64,000 bases of DNA from Candidatus Entotheonellaceae bacterium (GCA_965238075.1 OZ250173.1:96001-160000); one strand, 5' to 3'. Shown: positions 39,355 to 50,059, numbered from the stretch's first letter. Notes: generated from the sequence alone by a model not told the origin. Numbers and translations are program-made.

Positions 39355-40134
39355 ATGGCTGAAGCAAAAAACGCCAGGCTCTCGCTGGCCGAGCAGGCGC
39401 GCACGTTGATGCACGTCGGGCGCGTCGGCATGCTGTCGACGCTGTCCGAGCGGCACCCCGACTGGCCGTTCGGCTCGGTGATGCCCTACGGTCTGGACGA
39501 CGAGGGCCGTCCGACGTTTCTGATCAGCTCGCTGGCGATGCACACCCGCAACCTGCTGCGCGACCCGCGGGCCAGCCTGCTGGTGGCCGAAGAGCGTGCC
39601 CACGAAGACCCCCTCGGCAGCGCGCGTCTCACCCTCCTGGGTTCCGTTGCCGAGGTGCCCGATGCCGACTTGGCAACCATTCGTGATAGCTACCTACAAC
39701 GCCATCCGCAAGCTGCGATGTGGGTGGATTTCGGTGATTTTGCTTTCTACCGGATGGACATTACGGAGCCGTACTACGTGGGCGGCTTCGGCGTGATGGG
39801 ATGGGTGAGGGCCAACGATTATCTCGCCGCCGAGGCCGACCCGCTGGCGGACCTTGCGCCGAGCGTCATACAGCACATGAACGACGACCACGCCGAGGCG
39901 TTGGTGTTGATGGCGCGGCATTTCGCGGGTTGTGCCGCCGAGTCGGTCACGATGACCGGCGTGGACCGCTTGGGGTGTGACCTGCAAGCGGTGTTGAAGG
40001 ATGGGGAACAGGACTTGCGGGTGTCGCTCATCCGGCCGGCGACCAACGGCAACGAGATCCGCAAGGTGCTGACGGAGATGTCGCAGCAGGCGCGGGCCGC
40101 ACTTGATCCCGGCGACAAGCCGGTCTCGCCATAA
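39355..40134 (+). CDS. HugZ-like split-barrel protein with DUF2470 domain
   Basis: PFGS, ISSLA.HTRNL..DPRASL, ARLTLLG, YVGGFG, HMNDDH, GVDRLG. Confidence 0.85.
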   Translation: MAEAKNARLSLAEQARTLMHVGRVGMLSTLSERHPDWPFGSVMPYGLDDEGRPTFLISSLAMHTRNLLRDPRASLLVAEERAHEDPLGSARLTLLGSVAEVPDADLATIRDSYLQRHPQAAMWVDFGDFAFYRMDITEPYYVGGFGVMGWVRANDYLAAEADPLADLAPSVIQHMNDDHAEALVLMARHFAGCAAESVTMTGVDRLGCDLQAVLKDGEQDLRVSLIRPATNGNEIRKVLTEMSQQARAALDPGDKPVSP

Positions 40135-40176
40135 CTGAGCGAGATTCGGTGCCACCACCCTTCTGAGGCAAGGGCG

Positions 40177-42540
40177 CTAAATTCGGTGAGCGGGATCCGG
40201 CGTTGAGGCAAGCCCGTTTTTGGCGCGTCTTGCGAGATAGCATCCCACCGCTGCTATCGTCATCGGCACCACGCCCAAGACGATGAAGACGAGATCTCCG
40301 GGAAGCCGCAGCCACTCCAGCGTTACCACCAGACGCTGATTCAGAAATGCCTCGCTTCGGGCATGCCAGTATCCGTTCTCGAGCACGTCGATGAGCTGAA
40401 GCACCCCAACAGGAAAGAGGTTGCTCAGTGACATGAGCGCCAGACCGATATTCAACCCCCAAAAACTCACTCGGACATAGCGCTCCAAACGATCCCACAG
40501 ATCTACCGGCGCAGCCTGACGCAGCGCAAACACGGTCAGGGCCATGGCCAGCATACCAAAGACGCCCATCATGGCGGTATGCCCGTGGTTGGGCGTGAGG
40601 AGCGTACCCGCTTCGAAGTAACTGACGATCGGCAAATTGATCAAGAATCCGAAAATCCCCGCCCCCACAAAGTTCCAGAACCCAACCGAGATGAGAAAAT
40701 AAAATGTCCATTTGTGGGGGACGGCAACCGACTCGCCACAGATATCGCACTCGGACCGCGTGAGCTTGATGAAATCCCAGGCATCCAGGGTCAGGAGGGT
40801 GAGGGGCACGACTTCCAGTGCCGAAAACACGGCACCCAGTGCCATCGTAACCGTCGGGTGTCCGGTCCAGTACCAATGATGTCCGGTTCCGATAAGGCCG
40901 CCGCCCAGATAGAGGATGGCGTCAAGGTAGACCACACGGGCTGCCGTCAGGGGTGTAATGAGACCCAGTTTGTTAAAGATGATTGCGACCATGACCGTGA
41001 CGAACAATTCAAAGAAGCCTTCGACCCACAAATGGATGATCCAAAATCGCCAGGTATCAACGACCGAAAAATGGCTGGAGCCATCAAAGAACATGGCCGG
41101 CAGGTAAAAAACGGGGATGGCCGCCGCCGTATACAGAAACAGGGAGGCGATTTCTCCACCGTCCGCCCGCTTTCGGGCCGGCGCCACGGCGCGGAACAGC
41201 AGGATGATCCAGAAGATCAGGGCGGCGGCGAGAAGAATCTGCCACAGGCGGCCCAGTTCGAGATACTCCCACCCTTGATGACCCAGCCAATACCACATGT
41301 TGCCAAGGAGTTGATGGAGCCCGAGAAATTCGCCCAGCATGCTTCCACCGACAACGACAACCAAGGCGCCAAAGAGGAGGTTGATACCCGGAACCTGCCC
41401 GCGGGGTTCGTGTCCGCCCATTGCATGGGCAAGCAGGAGCCCACCGGCCACATAGGCCGTCGCCACCCAGAACACGGCAAGTTGCAGATGCCAGGTACGG
41501 GCCAAGTGACTGGGCAACAGCGAAGAGACATCAAGCCCGTAAAAACTTCCCGGGTCCGCACGATAGTGGGCAGTGGCGCCGCCTAACAGGACCTGGGCCA
41601 GAAACAGGACCGTCACCAGAGCAAAGAATTTGAGGGTTGCCAACTGACTCGGGGTGAACTCGCCGGGCAGCATCTGAGGATGGGCGTGGTCGGTGGCGCT
41701 TTTCCATCCCAGGTAGTCGAATTTGCCAAACACGAATAAAACCCCGGCGATTCCGCCAAGTAGTGCGATCAAACTGAGAGCGCTCCAAAGGAGGGACTGG
41801 CCGGTGGGTGTATTCCCCGCCTCGGGTTCGTAAGGAAAGTTGTTGGTGTAGGAAGCTGAAGTACCCGGGCGCGTCGCAACTGACGCCCAGGCCGTCCAGG
41901 CAAAAAAGGCCGTGAGCTGCCTTAACTCTGAAGCATCAGTAATGTATCCGGCTGGCAAACCTCGACTGCGGGCGGGGTGGGCAAAATGATCTCGCCAAAT
42001 GCCGAGTTGTCGCTCGAAGGAATTGACTTCTGGTAGGGTGAATACCAGGGTTTCCGTGGCTGCGTCGTATCGATTCTGCTTTAGGAGCAGGGCAGTTCCC
42101 GCGCTAACGGTTCGAGAGGCGGTCGAACCTGGCGGGGCATCAGCGGGTGCCGATAGGGCCAAGTAGTCTCGTGTGTCCTCGACCAGGTAGTGCAGGTAAG
42201 CGGCCGAGAAATCGGGTCCAAGGTAGCCGCCATGCCCCCAAATCGAGCCGTTATCCATGAGGCCGTACCTGAGAAAGACCCGTTGCCCGGCAACAATATC
42301 GTCTCGGCTGAAGAGCGGCTCCCCGGTTGGCCCCTGAACCGTCTCCGGGATGGGCGGCGCGTGGGAATAAGACTGCACCGTCATCCAGATGAGGACGGCC
42401 AAGCCACCGATCAGGACCAAAATGACGGTGTGTTTCCACCAAGGCGAGAGTGTTTCAGTGCGTGGGATGGTTGTGCGCATCTGGAGGTATTTCCGGTTGG
42501 CACGGTTGTCTGGATGAGACACTGTTCCCTGGAACGCCAT
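40177..42540 (-). CDS. norZ: Quinol-dependent nitric oxide reductase (qNor)
   Basis: GSIWGHG.YLGPD, SYTNNFP, RTWHLQ, HLWVEGFFE, GTGHHWYW, SALEVVPL, HGHTA, YWHARS. Confidence 0.93.
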   Translation of the reverse strand: MAFQGTVSHPDNRANRKYLQMRTTIPRTETLSPWWKHTVILVLIGGLAVLIWMTVQSYSHAPPIPETVQGPTGEPLFSRDDIVAGQRVFLRYGLMDNGSIWGHGGYLGPDFSAAYLHYLVEDTRDYLALSAPADAPPGSTASRTVSAGTALLLKQNRYDAATETLVFTLPEVNSFERQLGIWRDHFAHPARSRGLPAGYITDASELRQLTAFFAWTAWASVATRPGTSASYTNNFPYEPEAGNTPTGQSLLWSALSLIALLGGIAGVLFVFGKFDYLGWKSATDHAHPQMLPGEFTPSQLATLKFFALVTVLFLAQVLLGGATAHYRADPGSFYGLDVSSLLPSHLARTWHLQLAVFWVATAYVAGGLLLAHAMGGHEPRGQVPGINLLFGALVVVVGGSMLGEFLGLHQLLGNMWYWLGHQGWEYLELGRLWQILLAAALIFWIILLFRAVAPARKRADGGEIASLFLYTAAAIPVFYLPAMFFDGSSHFSVVDTWRFWIIHLWVEGFFELFVTVMVAIIFNKLGLITPLTAARVVYLDAILYLGGGLIGTGHHWYWTGHPTVTMALGAVFSALEVVPLTLLTLDAWDFIKLTRSECDICGESVAVPHKWTFYFLISVGFWNFVGAGIFGFLINLPIVSYFEAGTLLTPNHGHTAMMGVFGMLAMALTVFALRQAAPVDLWDRLERYVRVSFWGLNIGLALMSLSNLFPVGVLQLIDVLENGYWHARSEAFLNQRLVVTLEWLRLPGDLVFIVLGVVPMTIAAVGCYLARRAKNGLASTPDPAHRI

Positions 42541-42653
42541 GAGAGAGAGTCATCTCTTACCCTGCAACTTCAGCTCTCAGCAAGAAATTCCGTGGCATCG
42601 ACTGATCCCGCAAGACCGCCGCCGCAGTCATGTGCTAGTTATGAGTCGTGAGC

Positions 42654-45600
42654 CTAATAGTCGATACGCCATAACAGATCGAGCGAGGTTTGCCCTTCGT
42701 CATTGCTGGTGCCCTTGAGCTTCACGTGGGGGCTCAGGCTGTACTCCACCCCCACGGTGTTGCGGTCTTGCTCGCCGAGTTGATGCTGGTAGGAGATAAA
42801 CAAATCTTGTGTGACGTAGCGACCGCCCGTCACGCTACCGCTACCAAACTCATCCTCCACGTCGACTTCCAGGGTGTCGAGTCCGAGGGTGCTGCCCACT
42901 CTTTTTTCCAGAAATTTCGAGATGACATTGCCCGCGACTTCTGCCGCGTGGCTGGAAAGAGCGGTTTTCTCCGAACCGCTCAGGCGGTCCCGGGTTTTGC
43001 CGAAGACAAGCAGCGACAAGATATCCTCTTCCGCAAGGTCCGGGGTGCTGCTGAAATTGAACTGGGGACGCTTGCTTTCGCCCTCGACATGCAGGGCGAT
43101 GCTGTAGCCAGAGACTTCGTGGCGGGCGACGACGTCGAGAAACGGGTTGAGCTCGTTAGCTCCCGTAAACGTCATTTTGCCGCGTTCGAGGTCGAATTTT
43201 TTCCCCATGAAGCCGACAAACCCACGCACAGTTTCGGCGCTGCCTCCGATAACGAAGGGCTCGTCGAAGTTCTTGGCGACGAGAAACGAACCCCGAAGCT
43301 CAAGGGCGGTTTCAGGGCCTACCAACCAGACGTTCTTGGGCATCCTGACGCTGAGTTCCGTTTGCAAATTCCGCGTGATGGACGATTCCGGCGCCGCCTT
43401 GTCGGCTTTCGCGGCATCGGTCTCTCCTTCAGGGTCACCGCCGTAGACGCCTGGCACGGTCAGATCAGAGGGTGACACGGAGACCGGACCGGCTCCGAAA
43501 TCATCGATGCGAATTCGCGCCCGCGCAATGGTCAGGTCGCCCTTGACCGTGAGCGCATCCAAGGAGCCTTGGGCTTCGACGGCGCCCGTTAACCGGGCTT
43601 GAATGGAAGGCGTATTCATTGCGGTAAAGTCGTGAGCCTGCAAGGAAAGTTGCAGCTGTTCCAGGCCGCCTCCGGTAACCTCCAGCCAGCCGTTCACACC
43701 GACTGTTCCGGTCTCTGATGCCATGCGTAAATCATCGATATCCAGGCGGTTGTTCGTCAATTTGAGCCGGGCCTGGATGTCGCGGTACGACTCGCCGATG
43801 ACGGCCAGCAGCAAGACACCGTCACGCAGGAAAATGTTGCCGTTTACCTCTGGAGCCTTGACGGTGCCGCCCACTCGCAACTGAGCATCCAGCCATCCGT
43901 TGCTCCGCTGGATCGCGTCGACGAAAGGGGCGAGCCTTGCGAGATCGAAGGACGACGTCACCTTCAAGTCCAGCGGGTAATTGTGCTGCAGCCCCACCCC
44001 GCCTTTCACGTCGAGAAGCGCCGTGCTGCCGTCGTGCCACTGTAAATGGTTGTCGACCGTGTCATCTGCCAGCCCCAAATCCAGGCGGATTTCACCGAGG
44101 GGCTGGTCCTTCAAAGTCAGGTCGCTCAGTTGCAAAACCCCAGCGGCTTCGGGATGTTCCACACTACCCTTTGCGGTTAGGCGGAGGTTCATCCGCCCAG
44201 CCGCAGGCACGCCCGGCACGAAGGTCTGCAGCCACGGTTCGATTTCTACCTGATTCAGGGAAAACGAGGCGGCGAGGGGGCCGGAGGGTCGCAAGGAACC
44301 GCTCGCGCGAATCGCCTGCTCACCGTATTGGAGATGGAAGTCCCTCAATAGAATCGTCCCGTTGGCCTGGCGAACCATCCGGATCGGGTTGGGATTCGTC
44401 CAGCGCCAGTGGCGATACTGCAGCCGCAAGATGTCAAGTCTGACGTCCTGATCCTCCTGCAGGGCGACGTGCCCGGCGATGCGCGTGTGCCGGTAAGGGC
44501 CATCGGTGACGGAGAAATCGACCTGAGCTTGTTGGTCACGGTAGCGCCCGTCGAACGTTACCGAGCTGGCCGGCAGAGCGCTTCCTTGAATGCCATCGAG
44601 GGAGGCGGTCAAGGTCGCGCGCGGATTTGTCGTCAATTCCTCTCCCTGGAACGTTACCCGAACCCGCTCCCCTTGGAAGTCGCCATAGCGCCAATCGTCG
44701 AGTTGCATCTGACCCTGAGCCTGGAGGGCGTCGAGAGCCCCGCTGAGCGAGCCGGTAAGGCCGCCGTTGGCCCGGACCGGTGTGCCAAGGTGCGGACCGA
44801 GCGGGGTGAGGTCTTTGAATAACACCTGGTAGTCAGCATGAAGTTGCCGCGTCTGCGATAACGCGCCTGCCGCCGTGAGTTGAGCGGGAATGCTGTCGAA
44901 GTGGAATTCATCGAGGGTCACGGCTGAACCGGCCAGCGCGGCCCGCACGACACCCGACAACTCTGGCGCCAGATTGAAGTCCTGGGAGTTGATGGTCAGG
45001 TGCAAATCGGCCCGGCGCTCGGACTCGGAAAATCCGCTCCCCTTCAGAGACATCTGCGCACTGAAGGTGCCGTCGGCAGCGGGCAGAAAAGTGGCGATGT
45101 CGAGGTCATTGAGCGTGATCTCGGCCGAGTACGCCGGGCGTTGCAGGTCGGCAGCCCCTTTCAGATGCACGTCGGTCTCCCCATAACGCAGGTGTGCCAT
45201 GAGCGTTGGCTCGGAGGTAGAGCCGCCAAGCTGCAGGGCACCCGTTACCTCACGAGAAAGCGAGGGCGGCCAAGAGGAGGCGAATTCAGTGAGATTCAGG
45301 CGAGGCACTTGAAGCCGCAGGTTGAACCTCCGATCAGCCAACGTCATCCGCCCGTGACCTTCAATACGACTCTTCGGGGTGATGATCCGCATCTGCCGCA
45401 GGTCGAACTGCGACGGGCTTATGTGAGCGCTTGCTGACAGCGTCGTCGAGGGTAGATCAAGGGCGTCGGTCGTAGCCTGAAAACGGTCAATGGTTGCCTC
45501 GAAGCCGTCGGGACTCCAAGCAGCATTCGCCTGTAGGCGCACATCTTTGACCGTGATGGGTTGCGCGGGTTGGTCCGGATCAGATGCGGGGAACTGTCCG

Positions 45601-48086
45601 CTGGCCGAGGCAATGCGGAGGTCGAGACGAGACACGCGCGGCTGCACCATGCCGGCTGTCAACGCCTGCGCCAGTTCGGGGACCGAGCCGGCGGTTTCGA
45701 GTTCGGCAGTCATGCGAATCGGCGCGTCGAGCGCCTCAATGGCGTTCTGTACGCCAAAGTTTTGTAGATCGATATCGGACGTTAACTGCAATTGTGCAAA
45801 GGTGCCGCGAAGCGTGACGTTGCCTTGCAGGGTACCAGACAAGGCCGGGGTGGGCACGATGGCCCGCAAAGAGACGAGCGAGGGCTGCAGGATTTGAACG
45901 GACAGGTTTACCGGTGCGTCGAGCAGGCGCTCTGAGAGAGGGACGTCGGCCAGCGCCAGGTCCAGCGGCGCCTCGACATCCACCCGCATCACGTCGCGGT
46001 TGTCGTGGCGCGCGGTGATCTGTCCGGTCAGTTTCTCCCCCTCATATCGCATGCTTGCCTGGAGACGGTCGAACAGCGACTCTTGCTCTGCGGGCGGGAT
46101 CAGACGGAGTTCGGCTTGGAATTGGGGCTCGGTCAACGTGCCGCTCGCGTACACGACGAGTGAGGCACGGCCTGCTATGAGATTCGATAACGCCAATTTG
46201 TCTTGTAAATACGTCAGGTCAACGGACGACGCTTCAAGACGCACGTTGCGAATGAACTCCTTTTCAATCCCGCCACTGAGCGAGACCGATTCCTCACCGT
46301 GTGCCAGTCGAAAAGACTTGATGTTGAAGGCCCCGGATTTCACCGTTACATCCCATGGCTCGGGGGCATGCCAAGTTCGGTCTTCAAAACGAAGCTGAAC
46401 GGTGTCGAGGACTACGTGTTGCACCCCCTCGTCCAGGGTGAGATGACCGGCCAGGTGACCTTCCATCCGGGTTGACTGGTTGAGTTGGGTGGCGAAAGTC
46501 ACCTTCCGTTGGACGCCATCATAGGTGGCTTGAAGCTGAGCGTCGGCGGCAGGGAATTCGCCAATCGACAGGTCGTGTAAACGCAGCTGGGCCGAGGCAC
46601 GCGGAGCCGTCCCGAGTTGGCTCGCCTGGTAATCGAGTTCGAGACGATGCAGGCGATGGGCATGGAGCTGCACCTCTGTGGCGGTCAGCTTGCCCGCCAC
46701 ATGGAGGTCCGGCCAAGTGCCTTTGACGCTGCCTTGCAGGCGCAGCCCGCCGTTGAGTGCGTCAACGCCGAATAGCGGCCTGAGCTGAGAGACCTGGGCT
46801 TTCGCCTCGTAGGTGAGATCAGACGTACCCTGAAAGTCGAGGGAGCCGCCTGCAGTGACGGTGGCCAGCGATGAGATGAGCTCAAAGGCTTCAACGTGAA
46901 CACGCTGTGATTGCGCCACGATGCGAATTTGTGAAGGGCTCAGGGTGACGTCGCCCAGATGGGAGGGCTGGATGGAGATGTTCAATTGCCCCTCAAGCGT
47001 TTGAGGCGACAGCCCTCTGGCATCGACATTCAACACCATGTTGAGATCGCTCTCCAGGTCTTGCCGGTTGGCCAATGCTGCTATATCGAGCTGGTGCACC
47101 TTGAGCGTGCCGCGGTATCGCGGAGGGCTGTCCGCCGCGTTGATGTGACCTTGAAATGTGACTTGGCCGGCTTCGGCGCGCAAATCCGCATCGAGGCGGA
47201 GATCGGCGAGAGGGCCTTGGGCTAGCAAATCCAGGTGAAGTTTCCCTCGCAGGGTGTCATCGGCCAGCAAGCGGCCAATTTCAGCCCCATCGACTGGGTG
47301 CAGCTTGGCGTTGAACTGAACCGGGTGAGGGTTGCCGGGCAGTATGAGGTTGAATTCCGCCTGCGTGTTCTTCGTCCGGAGTTGCAGTTGCTCGATTCGG
47401 AGCTGTTTTCCTGTCATGTGAAGCGTGCCGCGCAACCCGGTGAGATTCACCTGCGCCGGATGGGTCTGCGCGGTAAATTCCTGAACCGTCAAGTGAACGC
47501 CCGTGTCATCGGCGTGTCCTTCGAGCGTGATCTGCAAGCCTGAAATTTCGGTGACGCCTTTGAGGAAGCCGAGTGCAACCCGGCTGCGGCCGTCTTGTAC
47601 GCGAAGACGCTTGATTTGCACGGCGATCGGCGGCGCTAAGGAACCGCTTTGAGTCGCGGCGGAGTCGGCAGGCTGCGAAGTTGTTGGGACCAGACGGGCC
47701 AGGTTGAACGTCCCGTCGGGGGCCTGACTCAGGGCAAGGTCGGGGCGGATAATTTCGATATCGTGAATGACCAGCTTTCCACGCAGCAAGCTCGTTGGCT
47801 GATAGCGCAGGTGGACGGCATCGATGCGGGCGACGACGGCGTCCGTATGGTCGCGCACGACCACATTGGCGAGGCTGGGTGCGCTAAGCAGGGAACCCTC
47901 CAAGGCGCCGATTTCCAGGGTGCCATTGAGTCGGTGGGATATACGCTGAGCAGCCGTTTGAACAAGCCATGCACGGACGGGCGCGACAATGGGTCGAGCA
48001 GGCGTCGGAGCCGTGACCAGAAGTGTGAGAAAGAGAACAAGCAGCCCGAGACCCACACCTGCCGCAATGGATATCCTGCGCCACAT
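42654..48086 (-). CDS. tamB: TamB/AsmA-like translocation and assembly module protein (1810 aa)
   Basis: N-terminal TM anchor, long beta-rich repeats, C-terminal DUF490-like region (NPFLDV.A, FSSTP.L.EEDILSLL.FG, GRY, VEY.L). Confidence 0.88.
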   Translation of the reverse strand: MWRRISIAAGVGLGLLVLFLTLLVTAPTPARPIVAPVRAWLVQTAAQRISHRLNGTLEIGALEGSLLSAPSLANVVVRDHTDAVVARIDAVHLRYQPTSLLRGKLVIHDIEIIRPDLALSQAPDGTFNLARLVPTTSQPADSAATQSGSLAPPIAVQIKRLRVQDGRSRVALGFLKGVTEISGLQITLEGHADDTGVHLTVQEFTAQTHPAQVNLTGLRGTLHMTGKQLRIEQLQLRTKNTQAEFNLILPGNPHPVQFNAKLHPVDGAEIGRLLADDTLRGKLHLDLLAQGPLADLRLDADLRAEAGQVTFQGHINAADSPPRYRGTLKVHQLDIAALANRQDLESDLNMVLNVDARGLSPQTLEGQLNISIQPSHLGDVTLSPSQIRIVAQSQRVHVEAFELISSLATVTAGGSLDFQGTSDLTYEAKAQVSQLRPLFGVDALNGGLRLQGSVKGTWPDLHVAGKLTATEVQLHAHRLHRLELDYQASQLGTAPRASAQLRLHDLSIGEFPAADAQLQATYDGVQRKVTFATQLNQSTRMEGHLAGHLTLDEGVQHVVLDTVQLRFEDRTWHAPEPWDVTVKSGAFNIKSFRLAHGEESVSLSGGIEKEFIRNVRLEASSVDLTYLQDKLALSNLIAGRASLVVYASGTLTEPQFQAELRLIPPAEQESLFDRLQASMRYEGEKLTGQITARHDNRDVMRVDVEAPLDLALADVPLSERLLDAPVNLSVQILQPSLVSLRAIVPTPALSGTLQGNVTLRGTFAQLQLTSDIDLQNFGVQNAIEALDAPIRMTAELETAGSVPELAQALTAGMVQPRVSRLDLRIASASGQFPASDPDQPAQPITVKDVRLQANAAWSPDGFEATIDRFQATTDALDLPSTTLSASAHISPSQFDLRQMRIITPKSRIEGHGRMTLADRRFNLRLQVPRLNLTEFASSWPPSLSREVTGALQLGGSTSEPTLMAHLRYGETDVHLKGAADLQRPAYSAEITLNDLDIATFLPAADGTFSAQMSLKGSGFSESERRADLHLTINSQDFNLAPELSGVVRAALAGSAVTLDEFHFDSIPAQLTAAGALSQTRQLHADYQVLFKDLTPLGPHLGTPVRANGGLTGSLSGALDALQAQGQMQLDDWRYGDFQGERVRVTFQGEELTTNPRATLTASLDGIQGSALPASSVTFDGRYRDQQAQVDFSVTDGPYRHTRIAGHVALQEDQDVRLDILRLQYRHWRWTNPNPIRMVRQANGTILLRDFHLQYGEQAIRASGSLRPSGPLAASFSLNQVEIEPWLQTFVPGVPAAGRMNLRLTAKGSVEHPEAAGVLQLSDLTLKDQPLGEIRLDLGLADDTVDNHLQWHDGSTALLDVKGGVGLQHNYPLDLKVTSSFDLARLAPFVDAIQRSNGWLDAQLRVGGTVKAPEVNGNIFLRDGVLLLAVIGESYRDIQARLKLTNNRLDIDDLRMASETGTVGVNGWLEVTGGGLEQLQLSLQAHDFTAMNTPSIQARLTGAVEAQGSLDALTVKGDLTIARARIRIDDFGAGPVSVSPSDLTVPGVYGGDPEGETDAAKADKAAPESSITRNLQTELSVRMPKNVWLVGPETALELRGSFLVAKNFDEPFVIGGSAETVRGFVGFMGKKFDLERGKMTFTGANELNPFLDVVARHEVSGYSIALHVEGESKRPQFNFSSTPDLAEEDILSLLVFGKTRDRLSGSEKTALSSHAAEVAGNVISKFLEKRVGSTLGLDTLEVDVEDEFGSGSVTGGRYVTQDLFISYQHQLGEQDRNTVGVEYSLSPHVKLKGTSNDEGQTSLDLLWRIDY

Positions 48087-48151
48087 GCTTAGCGCTCCTT
48101 CTCTCGGTTAGGCGGCAGACCAGGGCAATAGGCATCCTGACGCCGATCGCC

Positions 48152-50059
48152 TCAAAAGGCCTGGATGATACTGAGCTCAACGCGGCCAAACGGTTCATCC
48201 GGGCGACGGTCCGTGATGAAGCCTACGTCGAAGCGGAGCGGGCCAATCGGGGTATCGTAGCGAATGCCCGGACCGACGGCATAACGCAACTGATCGAGAT
48301 GATAGACGAGTGACGATTCAAACACCTGGCCGAAATCCACAAAAAGAACCCCACCCAGATCGCCGATGAATGGAAAGCGAAGCTCCGCGCTTCCTTCGAT
48401 CAAGCTACGACCGCCAAGGGGGGCATTGCCGTCAGTGAGCGGTCCCACCCGGTTAACGGCGAAACCCCGGATACTGCCCGGGCCGCCGGCAAAAAAGCGG
48501 ACGTTGAACGGCGCTACCTCGCTGTCTCCGTAGAGCTGCAAGAAACCGAGCTTGAGGCGTGCGGCAAATGTCACTCGGCGCCAGAGAGGGAGGTAGTGGC
48601 GCCCTTCGATGGAAGCCTTGACGAAGTCGAATTCCGATAGCAGGCCGGTCGCTGAGTGCTCCGTACGAAGCAGGGCTATAAAGCCCCGTGTGGCGTTAAT
48701 GGCGCTGTTGCTCGTGTTCCACGTCAGCTCGGCAAACTGCGTGAACAAAAAGTGGTCTCTTGCGACCTCAGGGTCGAGCCGGCGGATGGCATCTGGATCG
48801 ACGTTGCTGAAAGCATTGACGCTGAGCTCGATACCGGCCGAGCCGCCAAATGCTTTGGTGAATTGATGATCCACGCGCGATTCTCCCCCATAGCGTAGCA
48901 CGTCGAAGGCGGGCTGGGCATCCTCGATCTCGAGTATCCGATCCGTCAAGCCGAGGGGGTCCGTGCTGATCTCTTTCTGGCTGTCGACGAAGACGGTCTG
49001 GGTGAACCGGGTGCGCCGGGTGACGAAGTGTGGCAAGTGAAAGCGCGTTTCGAAAGCGAGGCCGGGGGACGAGATTTTGCCGGCCAGCGACAAGTGCTCG
49101 GCGCCGCCGAAGACATTGCGAAACGTCCACTTGGCCTGCAGGCGAAATTGTTCGACGGTGCTCAATCCCAGCCCGATTTCAAAGCTGCGCGGCTGGCGCT
49201 CGCTGAGCTCGAATTCGATGTCCAAAGGCGCGTCCGTCGCTTCCAAGTTGAGGCTTCGGTGCGTCACGGTGCGAAACATCCCGAGGTCGTATATGGCGGC
49301 TTGACTGTCGGTCAATTCGGTCGGGCTGTAGATCTGGCCGGGCTGGAACGTCAGGCGCCGTCGAATGGCTTTGGCTTTGACGTTTTCGGCGCCTTGGATG
49401 GCCACTCGGCCGAATGCCGTGCGCTCGCCCGATTCGAGCGTGTAGGTAAGGAACGCCTCATGCGTCTCCCGGTCGACCTCCGTGCGTGGATGAACTTTGG
49501 CGCGTGCGTACCCGGCACGCTGCAGCGCAAGCAGCAACCGGGCTCTGCTGCCATCAAACGCCGCCTTCGTAATCGGTTTGTCCACGCGCAGCGGCAGGTC
49601 ATTTCTCAGCGTCTCGACCGGCGGCAACTCCGGCGGTGCCGGATCCTGCACCTTTACCTCTACCTCGCGCACGACCGTGACTTCGCCTTCCTCGATTCGA
49701 ATATGAAGCTGGACGGTGTTGTTGGCCTCGTTTTGTTCCACCTTGACCAGCGTGGCGCGAACGTCGAGGTAACCACGATCGAAATAGTATTTCTGCAGGC
49801 GCAATAAATCGTCGTCGACCGTCGCAGGATTGTAGTCGCTGCCGCGCTTCCACGGAGAAAGAAGCGGGCGTTGTTGAGTGGCCATCGCGTTACGCAGCCT
49901 GGCGCTACCGAACTTTTTATTGTCGAGAAAGACGATCTTGCGGACCTCCGGAAAGGCGCTCGGCGGTTCGGTTTCCGGAAACGGCGCCTTTTGCGAGGCG
50001 CAAGCACTGAGCATGACCACGTGCAACACGAGCACCAGGGTGTATCGTGCGGCTTTCAT
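48152..50059 (-). CDS. tamA: TamA/Omp85-family outer membrane protein with lipobox
   Basis: LSAC lipobox, POTRA motifs (YFDRGY, GY, LGMF), RFFAGG..SIRGF, TPIGPLRFD, terminal QAF. Confidence 0.88.
   Translation of the reverse strand: MKAARYTLVLVLHVVMLSACASQKAPFPETEPPSAFPEVRKIVFLDNKKFGSARLRNAMATQQRPLLSPWKRGSDYNPATVDDDLLRLQKYYFDRGYLDVRATLVKVEQNEANNTVQLHIRIEEGEVTVVREVEVKVQDPAPPELPPVETLRNDLPLRVDKPITKAAFDGSRARLLLALQRAGYARAKVHPRTEVDRETHEAFLTYTLESGERTAFGRVAIQGAENVKAKAIRRRLTFQPGQIYSPTELTDSQAAIYDLGMFRTVTHRSLNLEATDAPLDIEFELSERQPRSFEIGLGLSTVEQFRLQAKWTFRNVFGGAEHLSLAGKISSPGLAFETRFHLPHFVTRRTRFTQTVFVDSQKEISTDPLGLTDRILEIEDAQPAFDVLRYGGESRVDHQFTKAFGGSAGIELSVNAFSNVDPDAIRRLDPEVARDHFLFTQFAELTWNTSNSAINATRGFIALLRTEHSATGLLSEFDFVKASIEGRHYLPLWRRVTFAARLKLGFLQLYGDSEVAPFNVRFFAGGPGSIRGFAVNRVGPLTDGNAPLGGRSLIEGSAELRFPFIGDLGGVLFVDFGQVFESSLVYHLDQLRYAVGPGIRYDTPIGPLRFDVGFITDRRPDEPFGRVELSIIQAF

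Noticed and set aside
40177-42540. Possible nitric oxide dismutase (Nod)
   Set aside because: Catalytic motifs (HLWVEGFFE, GHH, SALEVVP) look like canonical qNor with no Nod-type substitutions evident.
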